DNA of 64,000 nt, taken from Alphaproteobacteria bacterium (lineage in GTDB: Bacteria; Pseudomonadota; Alphaproteobacteria; SP197). The DNA lies in the NCBI GenBank assembly GCA_964291265.2, contig OZ219747.1, positions 704,001 through 768,000 of the forward strand, read 5' to 3'. A program made the translations under genes and the position numbers. Positions 45,101-52,913 of this stretch are shown here, piece after piece; the first letter of the stretch is position 1; every line of letters begins with the position of its first letter. Under the pieces are notes generated by a model that saw nothing but the letters and a program-made list of their open reading frames with translations, was not told the origin of the DNA and searched no databases.

Positions 45101-45101
45101 G
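39180..45101 (+). CDS. Large autotransporter adhesin: ~8 FnIII, ~4 Ig-like and 2 Calx-beta-like domains, poly-Gly linker, beta-barrel
   Basis: Signal peptide ending AQA; repeated VTLTW..TGLT.GT.Y.F FnIII motifs; C-terminal barrel ending LRGALNW; true start may be ATG 39043 through the C tract. Confidence 0.9.
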   Translation: MGAFGRPARRLKAGLAALFLITLAAALAPQVAQAQVTVTLTATPGPGQVTLTWTTSSPTPAGFLVTRLSHRPAGGSYQSKTLTSANSGSYTLTGLTPGTSYDFFLSNNWSGHGQVDSNTVSATPTAVTTLAAPTSLTATPGGPAQVLLTWTKPTGTITGYKLRYAKTPSKASATWGTMTGSGANTVRHMVTGLDNGSEYSFMIRAVNASGDGAATDWVTATPANSCPGVGAPTNLSLAPRSDGFAVTWTAPTDVLRNGWELSYKKTGGSSTSVTISNAAATSHTLTGLEAGTEYEIALQATHPFNPDPTASCPPGSRAKATGTTTAAATAGVTISPTSLTVEEGSSETYTVKLDKAPSANVTITVGGASGEVTVAGSPLTFTPSNFSTAQTITVRAAADDDTLDDTATLTHAASSTDTDYGASLDIDDVDVTVTDTTPILQLLTDPAAVTEGTAISLTVTSDKAQTGDLTVSMVLSDRGSSGFDADDITGTLGPRAFIVAFGNTASTTGTVTIPTSTDSTVEGAETYRITLEGGAGTYKVGTDATADGTLNDGTTASVPAAPAGLSAEAGNAQVKLTWTDPDDDSITRYRVQQRKGTAAWGSWTAIPGSDADTVSYTVTGLTNDSEYRFRIRARNSGGNGAASAVVEATPSASAAVPKPVLSAEAGYARVTLSWSALSGVTVASWGYQYKPAGGSWIRTRTVTGGSTTSTTVTGLTIGTEYTFRLFAAVSPGVQSVWSDQVKATPTNTVPKPVLTAAGGDASVTLSWSALTGIPITSWGYQYKSTGGWSTTTTLTGASRTSVRVTGLTKGTDYTFRLFAAVRPGEQSVWSDQVTAKTDPAAPVLTAATSTTNGQIDLTWTHAGGSNELSDADDYVKDAAKFHWWRAQTRLKGASTWTDHSLNQASARQNPGSRNNRLLLNYPDGASVEVRVRATGYRMAGVAGGTGNLQGPWSNIRTVTFKDDTTAALTLTGTPVTVAPGSTATYTVALTKAYAGTLRVTSDDTAAARVSPASLTFTTSNYSTARTVTVTGVANGTAVINHAFRLTGASADAIPDAGTVDVTVADTPGVTVSTAALTVAEGGSRTYTMRLNTPPTSDVTITVAGASGDVTVTGASLTFTRANWNQPQTVTVNAGTDTDTTTDAAVTLTHSASGGGYASVTIASVVVSVAEKDVAPGKPAGLAGAAGNASVTLSWTDPDNPTITKWQVRRKAGSDDWGAWEDIPGSAAGTTSYEVSGLTNGTAYQFEVRAVNGAGNGAGPDAPVTATPAAPVAPGGGGGGGGGGGTTPTADASVTVTPTALTVAEGSSAAYTVVLDTEPSGEVTVTVGGASGEVTVEPASLTFTTANWDTAQRVTVRAARDEDTTDDTATLTHGASGGGYASVTIDSVAVTVTDTTLLPVLTLAQDPAAVTEGEAIRLVVSADRALTGSLRVSLTLASRDGGGFDAGDVPGGLGPRSFDAVFGAAGRRTGVVTIPTAADADAEGAEAYRITLNDAADYVVGNDATALGVLRDRAAGSMARSNRVNAAVLPHVAAAAMSQTLGAVTGRIEAVASGEGGGTVQFGALPSPVEDAWASPHPEEPGPSMAEVLDGASFTLAAGAEGEASAPPLAVWGRGAWLSLSGSQGGVSWDGGLWSAQLGADVRLRPDLLAGAALSHVRGELDTQTDQVKGVHETTITSVHPYAAWLLADGSTLWASLGYGTGEVRIAEEGAPVRSTDLAQWSAAAGARSVLIEHADLIEGGMTRLAVKGEGALARLRTGSDDGLAGLTARTTRLRLLLEGSHEHALASGATLTPALEAGVRHDAGDAAEGAGIEAGASVTWRDPAEGLTAELRTRLLAAHEADRDEWGVSALVRLDPGADGLGTFLAFGPAHGRTESDLGELFDHGLPAAVSDTTSAEGRLEAEAGHGFGLAGPGPLVVLTPWAGLSLAETGGRTLRLGARYRMGAGLSLGLEGAHRPGPVSEDSLMLRGALNW

Positions 45102-45223
45102 GAGAGCGAAACCGACCCTCCTCCCGGCAGCACGGCGCCCGTCGGATACCGCCGCGTCACGGCATCCGAGCCGTGTCTCGCGCCCATCGAAACGTTCAGT
45201 TCCGGACTCCCTGAACCGTCGGA

Positions 45224-45421
45224 TCACGGATCAGACAGATCACAGGGCCGGGCAACGGCGGCTCCTGTCCGCTTGGCGGCGGCTTCCATGTCCCTGTCCC
45301 GGACATGCGCACAGCGCAGTGTCATGGAACAGCGGCTGTGATCCGGGAGCTTGGCGACGATCGGCAATGGAATGCCGCTCGTGACTGCGTGCGAGGCAAG
45401 AGTGTGGTGCCTGCGCGCCAT
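45224..45421 (-). pseudogene. Tyrosine integrase C-terminal remnant
   Basis: HTLASHAVTSGIPLPIVAKLPDHS..MTLRCAH is a degenerate RHT.AS..LGH...T.RYAH. Confidence 0.75.
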
Positions 45422-45479
45422 GACCAGACGCCTCGGGTCCCGTCAACGACGCCACCTAAGCGTGCCTCGGCCTCCCTGC

Positions 45480-45680
45480 ATCAGCGTGTCTGGACCGAGG
45501 GTGGCGCCGTTGAGAACCGCGGCGGTAACGAGACTTGCGACGACGCACGATCAGCCACACCTCATGCCCCGGGGAAAGGCTTCGGCGACCGCCCGGGCTC
45601 GCCGCTCTTCTGTCGTGATGTCCAGGAGATTGCCGACAGCCAGTCCCGACCATGAGGCCACGCTCGACGAGCATCAACAA
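45480..45680 (-). pseudogene. ADP-ribosylglycohydrolase N-terminal remnant
   Basis: RGLMV/GLAVGNLLDITTE (frameshift), then SCVVASLVTAAVLNG; abuts the ARPP-1 stop codon. Confidence 0.6.
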
Positions 45681-46601
45681 TCAATCATGGTGTGCGCTTC
45701 GACCTGTGTCGTACGAGAACGAGGCGTGGATCAGCGCACCGTCCAGGACCAGTGCCTGGCCCGTCAGGCGACGCCCGCTCACGCGGTGTTCGCAACCGAG
45801 TCCGACACCAGGTGCGGTCTCGGCCGGTGACGCTCCCAGCCGCCTCATCCTCTTCAGGGCACTGGTGGCCGACGGGCGGCCCCTGGACGGCCTCGTTTCG
45901 AGGAAGTGCGACCTCACCAGCGCTCCCCAGTGTTCACGGAGAAGGTGCGGTGCACCGAAAAGATCCATGGCCGTGACATCGCTGCCGTATGCCACGACAA
46001 TGCCGCACTGCCCGGGAAGCGGGCCCCGGTCGACGAGGGCCTCGACTGTCTCCCTGCGGGAGTGATGCCGCCGGTAGGACTCCTCCAGCTCTTCGGCGGC
46101 GCCCGTCGATGAAGCGACACCTTCACGAAGCATCATGGCTGAGATGTCGTTCCAGATGGCGTGCTGATCGCTCTTGTGGTCCCCACTGACGCAGAAGGAC
46201 CTGTTGACGCTTGCCCTCTTGCCCTTGCGGATGCCTTGGGGCGCGAAGGCCTCCGCACGGCGCCATGCCCGGTGGCGGCCCCATCGCCCCTGTTCCAGGC
46301 ACGATACGGGAACATCGAGCCTGGATCCGGCCGGAACGAGAATGGTGGCGTTGATGGTGCGATTCTGCTTGCCGCCGGTGAAGTGCTCACCCTCGACGAT
46401 CAGGACCGGCCTGTCGGTAGGATTGGTCACCTTCAGTGCTCCGACTGTCGCGACATCGAACTCACTGACGATCAGTCCCGATGACTCGCCGGTGTCGATG
46501 ACCGGGAGAGCGTTGTCCTGCAGATAGACGGGGAAGAACGAGACGCCAAGGCGCGTAATGGGGGAACCTATGGCGGCGTTTTCAAGGCTGGGTATGGTCA
46601 A
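45681..46601 (-). CDS. ARPP-1 / DUF6569-family protein
   Basis: V.AL.V.N....VLIVEGE...GGKQNR.IN..ILVP......PVSCLEQGRW, Q..IW; AAGGAG RBS before TTG. Confidence 0.8.
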   Translation of the reverse strand: MTIPSLENAAIGSPITRLGVSFFPVYLQDNALPVIDTGESSGLIVSEFDVATVGALKVTNPTDRPVLIVEGEHFTGGKQNRTINATILVPAGSRLDVPVSCLEQGRWGRHRAWRRAEAFAPQGIRKGKRASVNRSFCVSGDHKSDQHAIWNDISAMMLREGVASSTGAAEELEESYRRHHSRRETVEALVDRGPLPGQCGIVVAYGSDVTAMDLFGAPHLLREHWGALVRSHFLETRPSRGRPSATSALKRMRRLGASPAETAPGVGLGCEHRVSGRRLTGQALVLDGALIHASFSYDTGRSAHHD

Positions 46602-46617
46602 GCTGGGCTCCTTGGGT

Positions 46618-46670
46618 TTATTGTGACACTGACAATTACATGGTGTTCGTTGTTGTCATTGCAACAATTA
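46618..46670. promoter_or_regulatory. Two putative NrtR operators in the divergent promoter
   Basis: TTATTGT-GACACTG-ACAATTA (46618-46638) and TTGTTGT-CATTGCA-ACAATTA (46650-46670): 21-bp AT-rich pseudo-palindromes with GT-N7-AC core. Confidence 0.75.
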
Positions 46671-46702
46671 TTGTTCTGCAGGCGAGTCAGTGAGGAAATA
46701 CA

Positions 46703-47608
46703 GTGAGTTATCCGTTGTGTGCCGTCACCGTCGACGTAGCGCTCTTCACCATTGAGGACGATGCATTCAAGATTCTGCTGATCGAGCGAGGCGGGGACCC
46801 CTATCGCGGGAAACTCGCCCTGCCGGGTGGTTTCGTGCATCGAGATGAGGGTCTCGACGCGGCAGCTGCCCGGGAGCTGGAGAAAGAAGCCGGTCTCGGC
46901 CGCGGCGCCCGGCACCTTGAACAACTCGCTGCCTACGGCGATCCGGCACGGGATCCACGCATGCGGACAGTGACCGTCGCCTTCTGGGCCATCACCGCCG
47001 ATCTCCCCGAACTCCGGGGCGGCCGCGACACGGCAGCGGCCCGACTCCTCCCCGTGGACTGGATCGAGGACGGTGATCTTCACCTCGCCTTCGATCATGA
47101 CCGGATTGTCCGGGATGCGGTGGAACGCGTCCGCTCGCGACTCGAGACGACGACGGTCGCCGCACGATTCTGTCAGCCGGCTTTCACGGTGGCAGAGTTG
47201 CGCAGGGTCTACGAAGCGATCTGGAACATTTCTCTCGATCCGGGAAACTTCCAGAGATTCGTGCGCGACAGCGGCGCCTTCACACCCGAGCCATCCGCCA
47301 GGTCGATGTCTCTCGCAGAACCACCCTGGGCTCGGCTCCATTCGGAATCGTCCTTGGGTCAGCGTCCGTCAGGATGGAATGAGATTGACGCACCCCGGCC
47401 GACCGTAAGTTATAGCATCCGCGAGATAGGCAAGCGCAAGGAGAGGAGGGCGCCTTCATCCGATTCGGCATCGTCCCCCGACCTACCGGGGCCACGCGAG
47501 GAGACGAGGCACAAAGGGCGCGGACGGCCAGCATCCAGATGGATGCTGCGGGAAGGGCGCCCCCGTATGTTTGCCAGACCCATGCGCCGAAAGGCGGACG
47601 ACGCATGA
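46703..47608 (+). CDS. nrtR: NrtR-family Nudix/wHTH transcriptional regulator
   Basis: VTVD, ALPGGF, AARELEKE, RDPR, LAFDH, ELRRVYE..LDPGNFQR, GRPA. Confidence 0.85.
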   Translation: MSYPLCAVTVDVALFTIEDDAFKILLIERGGDPYRGKLALPGGFVHRDEGLDAAAARELEKEAGLGRGARHLEQLAAYGDPARDPRMRTVTVAFWAITADLPELRGGRDTAAARLLPVDWIEDGDLHLAFDHDRIVRDAVERVRSRLETTTVAARFCQPAFTVAELRRVYEAIWNISLDPGNFQRFVRDSGAFTPEPSARSMSLAEPPWARLHSESSLGQRPSGWNEIDAPRPTVSYSIREIGKRKERRAPSSDSASSPDLPGPREETRHKGRGRPASRWMLREGRPRMFARPMRRKADDA

Positions 47609-48269
47609 CGCCTCGGGACGGGTCGAGCGGCACCAGGTCAAGGATGTTGTCCTGCAAGAATGTCAGGGAGGTTTCGCCATGACCGGCCAGTTCACCGGTC
47701 TTCGTCATCGGTGAACACAGGGGCCTTGTGCCGACATTCCATGACCTGCATGTCCTCGATCTGGAAGCCGAGGGCCTCCATGGCGCGGCAGCCCGGTTCA
47801 TCGAGGGACATGCAGCGCCGGCCATCCTTCATGACGCGGCCATGGCCGCTGTTGCCTCTTCTCTTCCCCTCCTCCGCCCTTCTCCCGGGGCGCCGTTCGA
47901 CGTGGCAACGCTCCGCGCCGAAAGGAACACGGGGAGGAACCGGACAGGAACTGCCGCACCGCAGTTCCCGCACACGCGCTTCGGCGACATCGGCCAGGCC
48001 TCGTGGAACACCCTCCGGCCAGGCACCTCGCATGACGAGGGCTCAAGGCGGCAGACACAAGCCCCGCCCTCTTCCGGTCAGCTGCCGTACCGGACGTTGT
48101 GTCTCGTCGAGAGACCCCACGGCCTCGACCATGAACGAGACCGGAATGCGTCACCGGCTTCCCGTCGGCATAGTGTCTTCAGGCCCTGGCGCCGTCCAGC
48201 ACCGGCCATCACTGCGTGACCGATCAATTGCCAGGGGACCTGTCGTGAAGTCCCTGGACGAACCGGTGC

Positions 48270-49775
48270 TCAGTCCGCGTCTCGTGCTGGCAGATATCTG
48301 AAAGCCCACTCGTTGTAACTCGTTTCGCCGCGGTACCAGACAACGTCCTGGCCCGGCTCCTCATCGTGGTTCCAGCGCGGACGCACGCCTTTCAGGCCGC
48401 TCGAAAGGACCAGGCGACGCCTCTTCTGGCTGAGGCGGATCCGCTCGGCCAGCCCCTTGCTGTCCCAACGCCGCATGACGATGCCAAGGAGGCGCTGTTC
48501 CACCTCGGCACACTCCTGGTTGCCCGCCAGATTGTGCCATTCGTTCGGGTCGTTCTCCAGATCGAAAAGAAGTGGCGGATCGTCGGTGGAGCAGACGAAC
48601 TTGTACTGGCCTTGCCTGACCATGAAGATCGGCGCCGTCGCCGCTTCGGCCAGGTATTCGGCATAGATGGGCCGGTCGGATTCCTCGTCAAGCCTAGCGC
48701 CGAGGTCCTCCCCGTCCAGCGCTTCCACCGGTGAAGTCCAGCCGACGCCTTCAGCAATCCCCATGAACGTTGGCAACAGATCCACCAACGATACCGGCGT
48801 CCTGGCGCGGCGCGCGCCGAACTTGCCGCCGACCATGACCAGCGGCACTTTCAGCGATGGTTCGTAGAAGTGCTTCTTGAACCACATGCCACGTTCCCCG
48901 AGCATGTCGCCGTGATCCGACGTAAAGACAATGACCGTGTTGTCCCGTTGCCCGATCCGCTCCAGCGTCTCGATCAGCTGGCCGATCAGCTGGTCGAGAT
49001 AGCTGATCGACCCGTAGTACGCGCGGCGCGCGGTTCGGATGTCCTCGTCGGTAAAGTGAACATTCAGCATGCCGAAGTCGGACAACAGACGAACAGCGTG
49101 GGCATCGTGCTGCTCTTCTGACAGAGCCGGCACTGCGGGCAATGAAATGTCGCGATCTTCGTAGAGTTCCCAGAATTCCCCCTGGCAGAGGTAGGGCTCG
49201 TGTGGATGGGTATAGGATACCTGAAGGAAGAACGGTCGCGTATCGTCGGATCGTGCCGTATCGAAGAGGTGCTGCACGGCGTGGAACGTGACGAGATCAT
49301 CGAAATCGATCTGCATCGAACGCTCGCAAACACCTGCAACCGTCACGGACCGCGGATCATTCGTATCCCGTTTCCCCTCATCACCCCAGTTCGGCACCCA
49401 TGAGAAATCCGCGGGATAGAGATCCGCGGTCAGGCGGCGTTCAAAGCCATGGTGCTGGTCCGGTCCGACAAAGTGCATCTTGCCTGAAAGCGCGGTCTGA
49501 TAACCCGCTGCACGCAAGTAATGGGCATAGGTCGGGATGCTGGCAGGCAGTTCCGCCGCGTTGTCGTAGGCGCCGATTTTCGAGCAGAGTTTCCCGGTCG
49601 CCATCGACGCGCGGGAGGGAGCGCAGAGCGGAAAATTGCAATAGGCGGTTTCGAACACGGTACCCTCTGCGGCGAGACGATCGAGGTTCGGAGCATGGCA
49701 GATCGCATCGCCGTAGAAGCGCAGAAATTGCGCCGCCAACTGATCCACCTGGATGAAAAGGATGTTCGGCTGCAT
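48270..49775 (-). CDS. betC: Choline sulfatase
   Basis: PLCAPSRAS formylglycine motif, AYDNAAE, GKMHFVGPDQ.HGFE, SDHGDMLGERG. Confidence 0.9.
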   Translation of the reverse strand: MQPNILFIQVDQLAAQFLRFYGDAICHAPNLDRLAAEGTVFETAYCNFPLCAPSRASMATGKLCSKIGAYDNAAELPASIPTYAHYLRAAGYQTALSGKMHFVGPDQHHGFERRLTADLYPADFSWVPNWGDEGKRDTNDPRSVTVAGVCERSMQIDFDDLVTFHAVQHLFDTARSDDTRPFFLQVSYTHPHEPYLCQGEFWELYEDRDISLPAVPALSEEQHDAHAVRLLSDFGMLNVHFTDEDIRTARRAYYGSISYLDQLIGQLIETLERIGQRDNTVIVFTSDHGDMLGERGMWFKKHFYEPSLKVPLVMVGGKFGARRARTPVSLVDLLPTFMGIAEGVGWTSPVEALDGEDLGARLDEESDRPIYAEYLAEAATAPIFMVRQGQYKFVCSTDDPPLLFDLENDPNEWHNLAGNQECAEVEQRLLGIVMRRWDSKGLAERIRLSQKRRRLVLSSGLKGVRPRWNHDEEPGQDVVWYRGETSYNEWAFRYLPARDAD

Positions 49776-49866
49776 CGTGTCACCGCCAACAAGATCGTGG
49801 ACAATCATACTATCCCAGGCCTACGCTGTGGCAAGGCGGAATAGCCCGAGATGAGGGAAAGCGCGG

Positions 49867-50541
49867 ATGGAGTGGAACTTTCTGGCGGTTCTGAGCGACG
49901 TCGATCTGCTGATGCTGGGACTTCTGAACACGCTGAAGGTCACCGCTCTCGCGCTTCTCTTCGGCGTGCCCCTGGGTCTCGTTCTCGCGCTGTTGCGGTT
50001 GTCAGGATTCCGCCCTCTCTCGGGCGTTGCGGGCTTCATCGTCGAGTTCTTCCGTACGACGCCGCCCCTTGTTCAGCTCTTCTGGTTCTTCTTTGCGCTC
50101 CCGCTCCTTGTCGATGTGCGGATGACACCGTTGATCGCAGCGGTTGTGACGTTCTCAATCCAGTCCTCGGCGTTCTTTGCAGAGATTTTTCGCGGAGGCA
50201 TCCTTTCTGTCGAAAAAGGCCAATGGGAAGGCGCCAGGGCCATCGGCATGACCTATTCGCAAAGCCTGCGCCGCATCGTCCTGCCGCAAGCCGTCAAGCG
50301 CATGATCCCGGCCTTCATGGAGCGATCGATCGAGCTCCTGAAGACCACGACGCTGGTTTCGACCGTGGCCTATACCGACCTCATGTTCCAGGCCAACGAG
50401 CTGGCGCAGAAGATCTTCCGGCCGCTTGAAGTCTACACCATTGTCGCGGTGATCTATTTCCTTCTGATCTTTGTTTTCAGCCAGGCGTCGATCTGGGTCG
50501 AGCGCCGTCTGGCCAAGTCCGGCGAAGGGACGGTCCGGTGA
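49867..50541 (+). CDS. Polar amino-acid ABC transporter permease
   Basis: FRTTPPLVQL, AEIFRGGI..GQWEG..A.GM, IVLPQA. Confidence 0.92.
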   Translation: MEWNFLAVLSDVDLLMLGLLNTLKVTALALLFGVPLGLVLALLRLSGFRPLSGVAGFIVEFFRTTPPLVQLFWFFFALPLLVDVRMTPLIAAVVTFSIQSSAFFAEIFRGGILSVEKGQWEGARAIGMTYSQSLRRIVLPQAVKRMIPAFMERSIELLKTTTLVSTVAYTDLMFQANELAQKIFRPLEVYTIVAVIYFLLIFVFSQASIWVERRLAKSGEGTVR

Positions 50542-50553
50542 CCGGCAGCACTG

Positions 50554-51216
50554 ATGTATAACTGGGACTTCGCCACGATCCTGCAGAACTGGCCGGTCCT
50601 TTGGGTCGGCATCAAGGGCACGGTGTTCATCTTCGTGATCACCGTGATCCTGGGTCTTGGCGGCGGACTGGTCGTGGGCGTTGCCAGGTACGCAAGGTCG
50701 CCTCTTGTTTCCTGGCCCGCCCGAGCCTTTGTCGAGGTCTTCCGCAACACGCCGGTTCTCGTCCAGATCATCTGGTTCTTTTACGCCTTCCCGATACTGA
50801 CGGGGATTGAAACCGACCCGTTCCTGGCCGCTGTCCTTGGTATCTCACTCAACACGATGGCGTTCTCAGCCGAAATCTATCGCGCCGGCATCCAGTCGAT
50901 CGACAGGGGACAATGGGAAGCCGGCAAAGCCATCGGCATGACGTACAGCCAGACGATCCGGCGCATCATCCTTCCCGTCGCCGTCAAACGCGTCCTCCCC
51001 GCACTCACCAACCGGGGTATCGAGGTCTTCAAGATGTCAACCCTCGCCTCGGTCGTTGGCTACGTGGAAACGCTGAATCAGGCCAAGCTGATCGCGGACC
51101 TGAACTTCAACCCCATCGAAAGCTACACCGCTGTGGCGATCATCTTCTTTGTCGTTCTCTATCCCGTGGTCCAGGCAACCTATGTGCTTGAGCGCATGCT
51201 GAGAAGGGCCGACTGA
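50554..51216 (+). CDS. Polar amino-acid ABC transporter permease
   Basis: FRNTPVLVQI, AEIYRAGI..GQWEA. Confidence 0.92.
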   Translation: MYNWDFATILQNWPVLWVGIKGTVFIFVITVILGLGGGLVVGVARYARSPLVSWPARAFVEVFRNTPVLVQIIWFFYAFPILTGIETDPFLAAVLGISLNTMAFSAEIYRAGIQSIDRGQWEAGKAIGMTYSQTIRRIILPVAVKRVLPALTNRGIEVFKMSTLASVVGYVETLNQAKLIADLNFNPIESYTAVAIIFFVVLYPVVQATYVLERMLRRAD

Positions 51217-51989
51217 TGTCCGAGATTCTCCGCATTGAAAACCTGCACAAGTCCTTCGGCGACCTGGAAGTGCTGAAGGGTCTCGACCTGACCGTGCAAT
51301 CGGGCGAGACCGTGGTGATCCTCGGTTCCTCCGGGTCGGGAAAGTCCACCTTGTTGCGCTGCGTCAATTTCATGGAAAACCCGACCGAGGGGAAGATCTT
51401 CGTGAAGGGCGGGTTGATCGGCACTGAGCGCAACGGCCGTATGCACTACAGGGAAGCCGAGCTGTGCGCACTGCGCGCGCGTATCGGCATGGTGTTCCAG
51501 CATTTCAACCTTTTCCCGCACATGACCGTCCTGGAAAACGTCATGGAGGGACAAGTGATCGTCCTGGGCCGGAACAAGGCGGAAGCCCGCGACAAGGCCA
51601 TGGCGCAATTGGACCGCGTCGGGTTGACCGAGAAGGCCGAGGAGTATCCCGCACGCCTTTCCGGCGGACAGAAACAGCGCGTCGCCATCGCGCGCGCCCT
51701 GGCGATGGATCCCGAGGTGATGCTGTTCGACGAAGTGACTTCGGCGCTGGACCCCGAGTTGGTGGGCGAGGTGTTGAAGACCATGCGCCAACTGGCCGAG
51801 GAAGACATGACCATGCTCTGCGTCACCCACGAACTGGGCTTTGCCTATCACGTCGCCAACCGCGTGCTTTTCCTGGACGAGGGCATGATCCTTGAACAGG
51901 GCGAACCACAACGTATCCTCAGGGACCCGGAAACCGACCGCATGCGCGAATTCCTCGACGGGCATTCGCTCTTCAGGCTGCCGGATTGA
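51216..51989 (+). CDS. Polar amino-acid ABC transporter ATP-binding protein
   Basis: GSSGSGKST, LSGGQKQR, LFDEVTSALD. Confidence 0.95.
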   Translation: MSEILRIENLHKSFGDLEVLKGLDLTVQSGETVVILGSSGSGKSTLLRCVNFMENPTEGKIFVKGGLIGTERNGRMHYREAELCALRARIGMVFQHFNLFPHMTVLENVMEGQVIVLGRNKAEARDKAMAQLDRVGLTEKAEEYPARLSGGQKQRVAIARALAMDPEVMLFDEVTSALDPELVGEVLKTMRQLAEEDMTMLCVTHELGFAYHVANRVLFLDEGMILEQGEPQRILRDPETDRMREFLDGHSLFRLPD

Positions 51990-52023
51990 CGGCGGATCAC
52001 ACTCAACAAGAGAAGGAAAGACG

Positions 52024-52863
52024 ATGAAACTGTTGCAACGACTGGGGGCCACGCTGATTGCCGCCCTCGCCCTGCTGTCGCTCACACCTGACGCGGCACA
52101 GGCGCAATCGACCTGGGAGAAGATCCAGGAAACCGGCAAGCTGCGCATGGGCGTGACACAGGCTCCGCCGTGGTATTCGAAGAACCCGGCGAACGGCGAA
52201 TGGGAGAGCGGTTTGATCGTCTCCATCGGCAAGGCCATGGCCGAGGAACTGGACGTCGAGCTGGAAATGGTCGAAGTCACCTGGGCCACCGCCATCGCGG
52301 CACTGCAAGCCGACAAGATCGACATGATGTTCCTCGACGCCACGCCAAAGCGGGCGATGGTGGTCGACTATCCGAAGCAGCCGCTGCTTTACATCTCGCT
52401 GGCCGTTCTGGCGGATGACGACCTCAGCGTCAGCACATGGGAAGACCTGAACAAGCCGGAAGTGACCGTGGGCGTGCCGCAGGCGACCTCGATGGATGCC
52501 TTCCTGACGCGCACCATCCCGAACGCCGACATCCAGCGCTTCCCGGACAACGGCGCCGCGATCGCGGCTTTCCAGTCGGGTCGGGTTGATGCGGTTTCGC
52601 TGTTCCATCCGCCCCTGCTCGCCGCCCGTCAGAAACTGGGCCGGGGCCAGCTGGTGATCCCGACCCCGGCCTTTTCGTCGCCGTCCTCCATCGCGGTCCG
52701 CCGCGAGGCTGACAAGACCTTCCGCGACTGGGTCGATCACACGATCTTCTATTACTACGAAACGGGTCGCACCCAGCGGTGGTACGAGGAGTTCCTGACC
52801 GACTTTGGCCTGGACCCGAAGGCCTCGCCGGTCATCCAGCGCGAACTCCTGTTCAACAACTGA
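52024..52863 (+). CDS. ABC substrate-binding protein (family 3)
   Basis: Signal peptide AQA, GKLRMGV, W...IAALQADKID..TPKRA. Confidence 0.9.
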   Translation: MKLLQRLGATLIAALALLSLTPDAAQAQSTWEKIQETGKLRMGVTQAPPWYSKNPANGEWESGLIVSIGKAMAEELDVELEMVEVTWATAIAALQADKIDMMFLDATPKRAMVVDYPKQPLLYISLAVLADDDLSVSTWEDLNKPEVTVGVPQATSMDAFLTRTIPNADIQRFPDNGAAIAAFQSGRVDAVSLFHPPLLAARQKLGRGQLVIPTPAFSSPSSIAVRREADKTFRDWVDHTIFYYYETGRTQRWYEEFLTDFGLDPKASPVIQRELLFNN

Positions 52864-52913
52864 GCGACAACGAGCGGCGGCGCCTGCCGCCGCCCGCTTT
52901 CAGGGATGCCTTG

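Noticed and set aside
47610-48230. Gene remnant between nrtR and betC
   Set aside because: Protein-like fragments in shifting frames, but no family can be assigned
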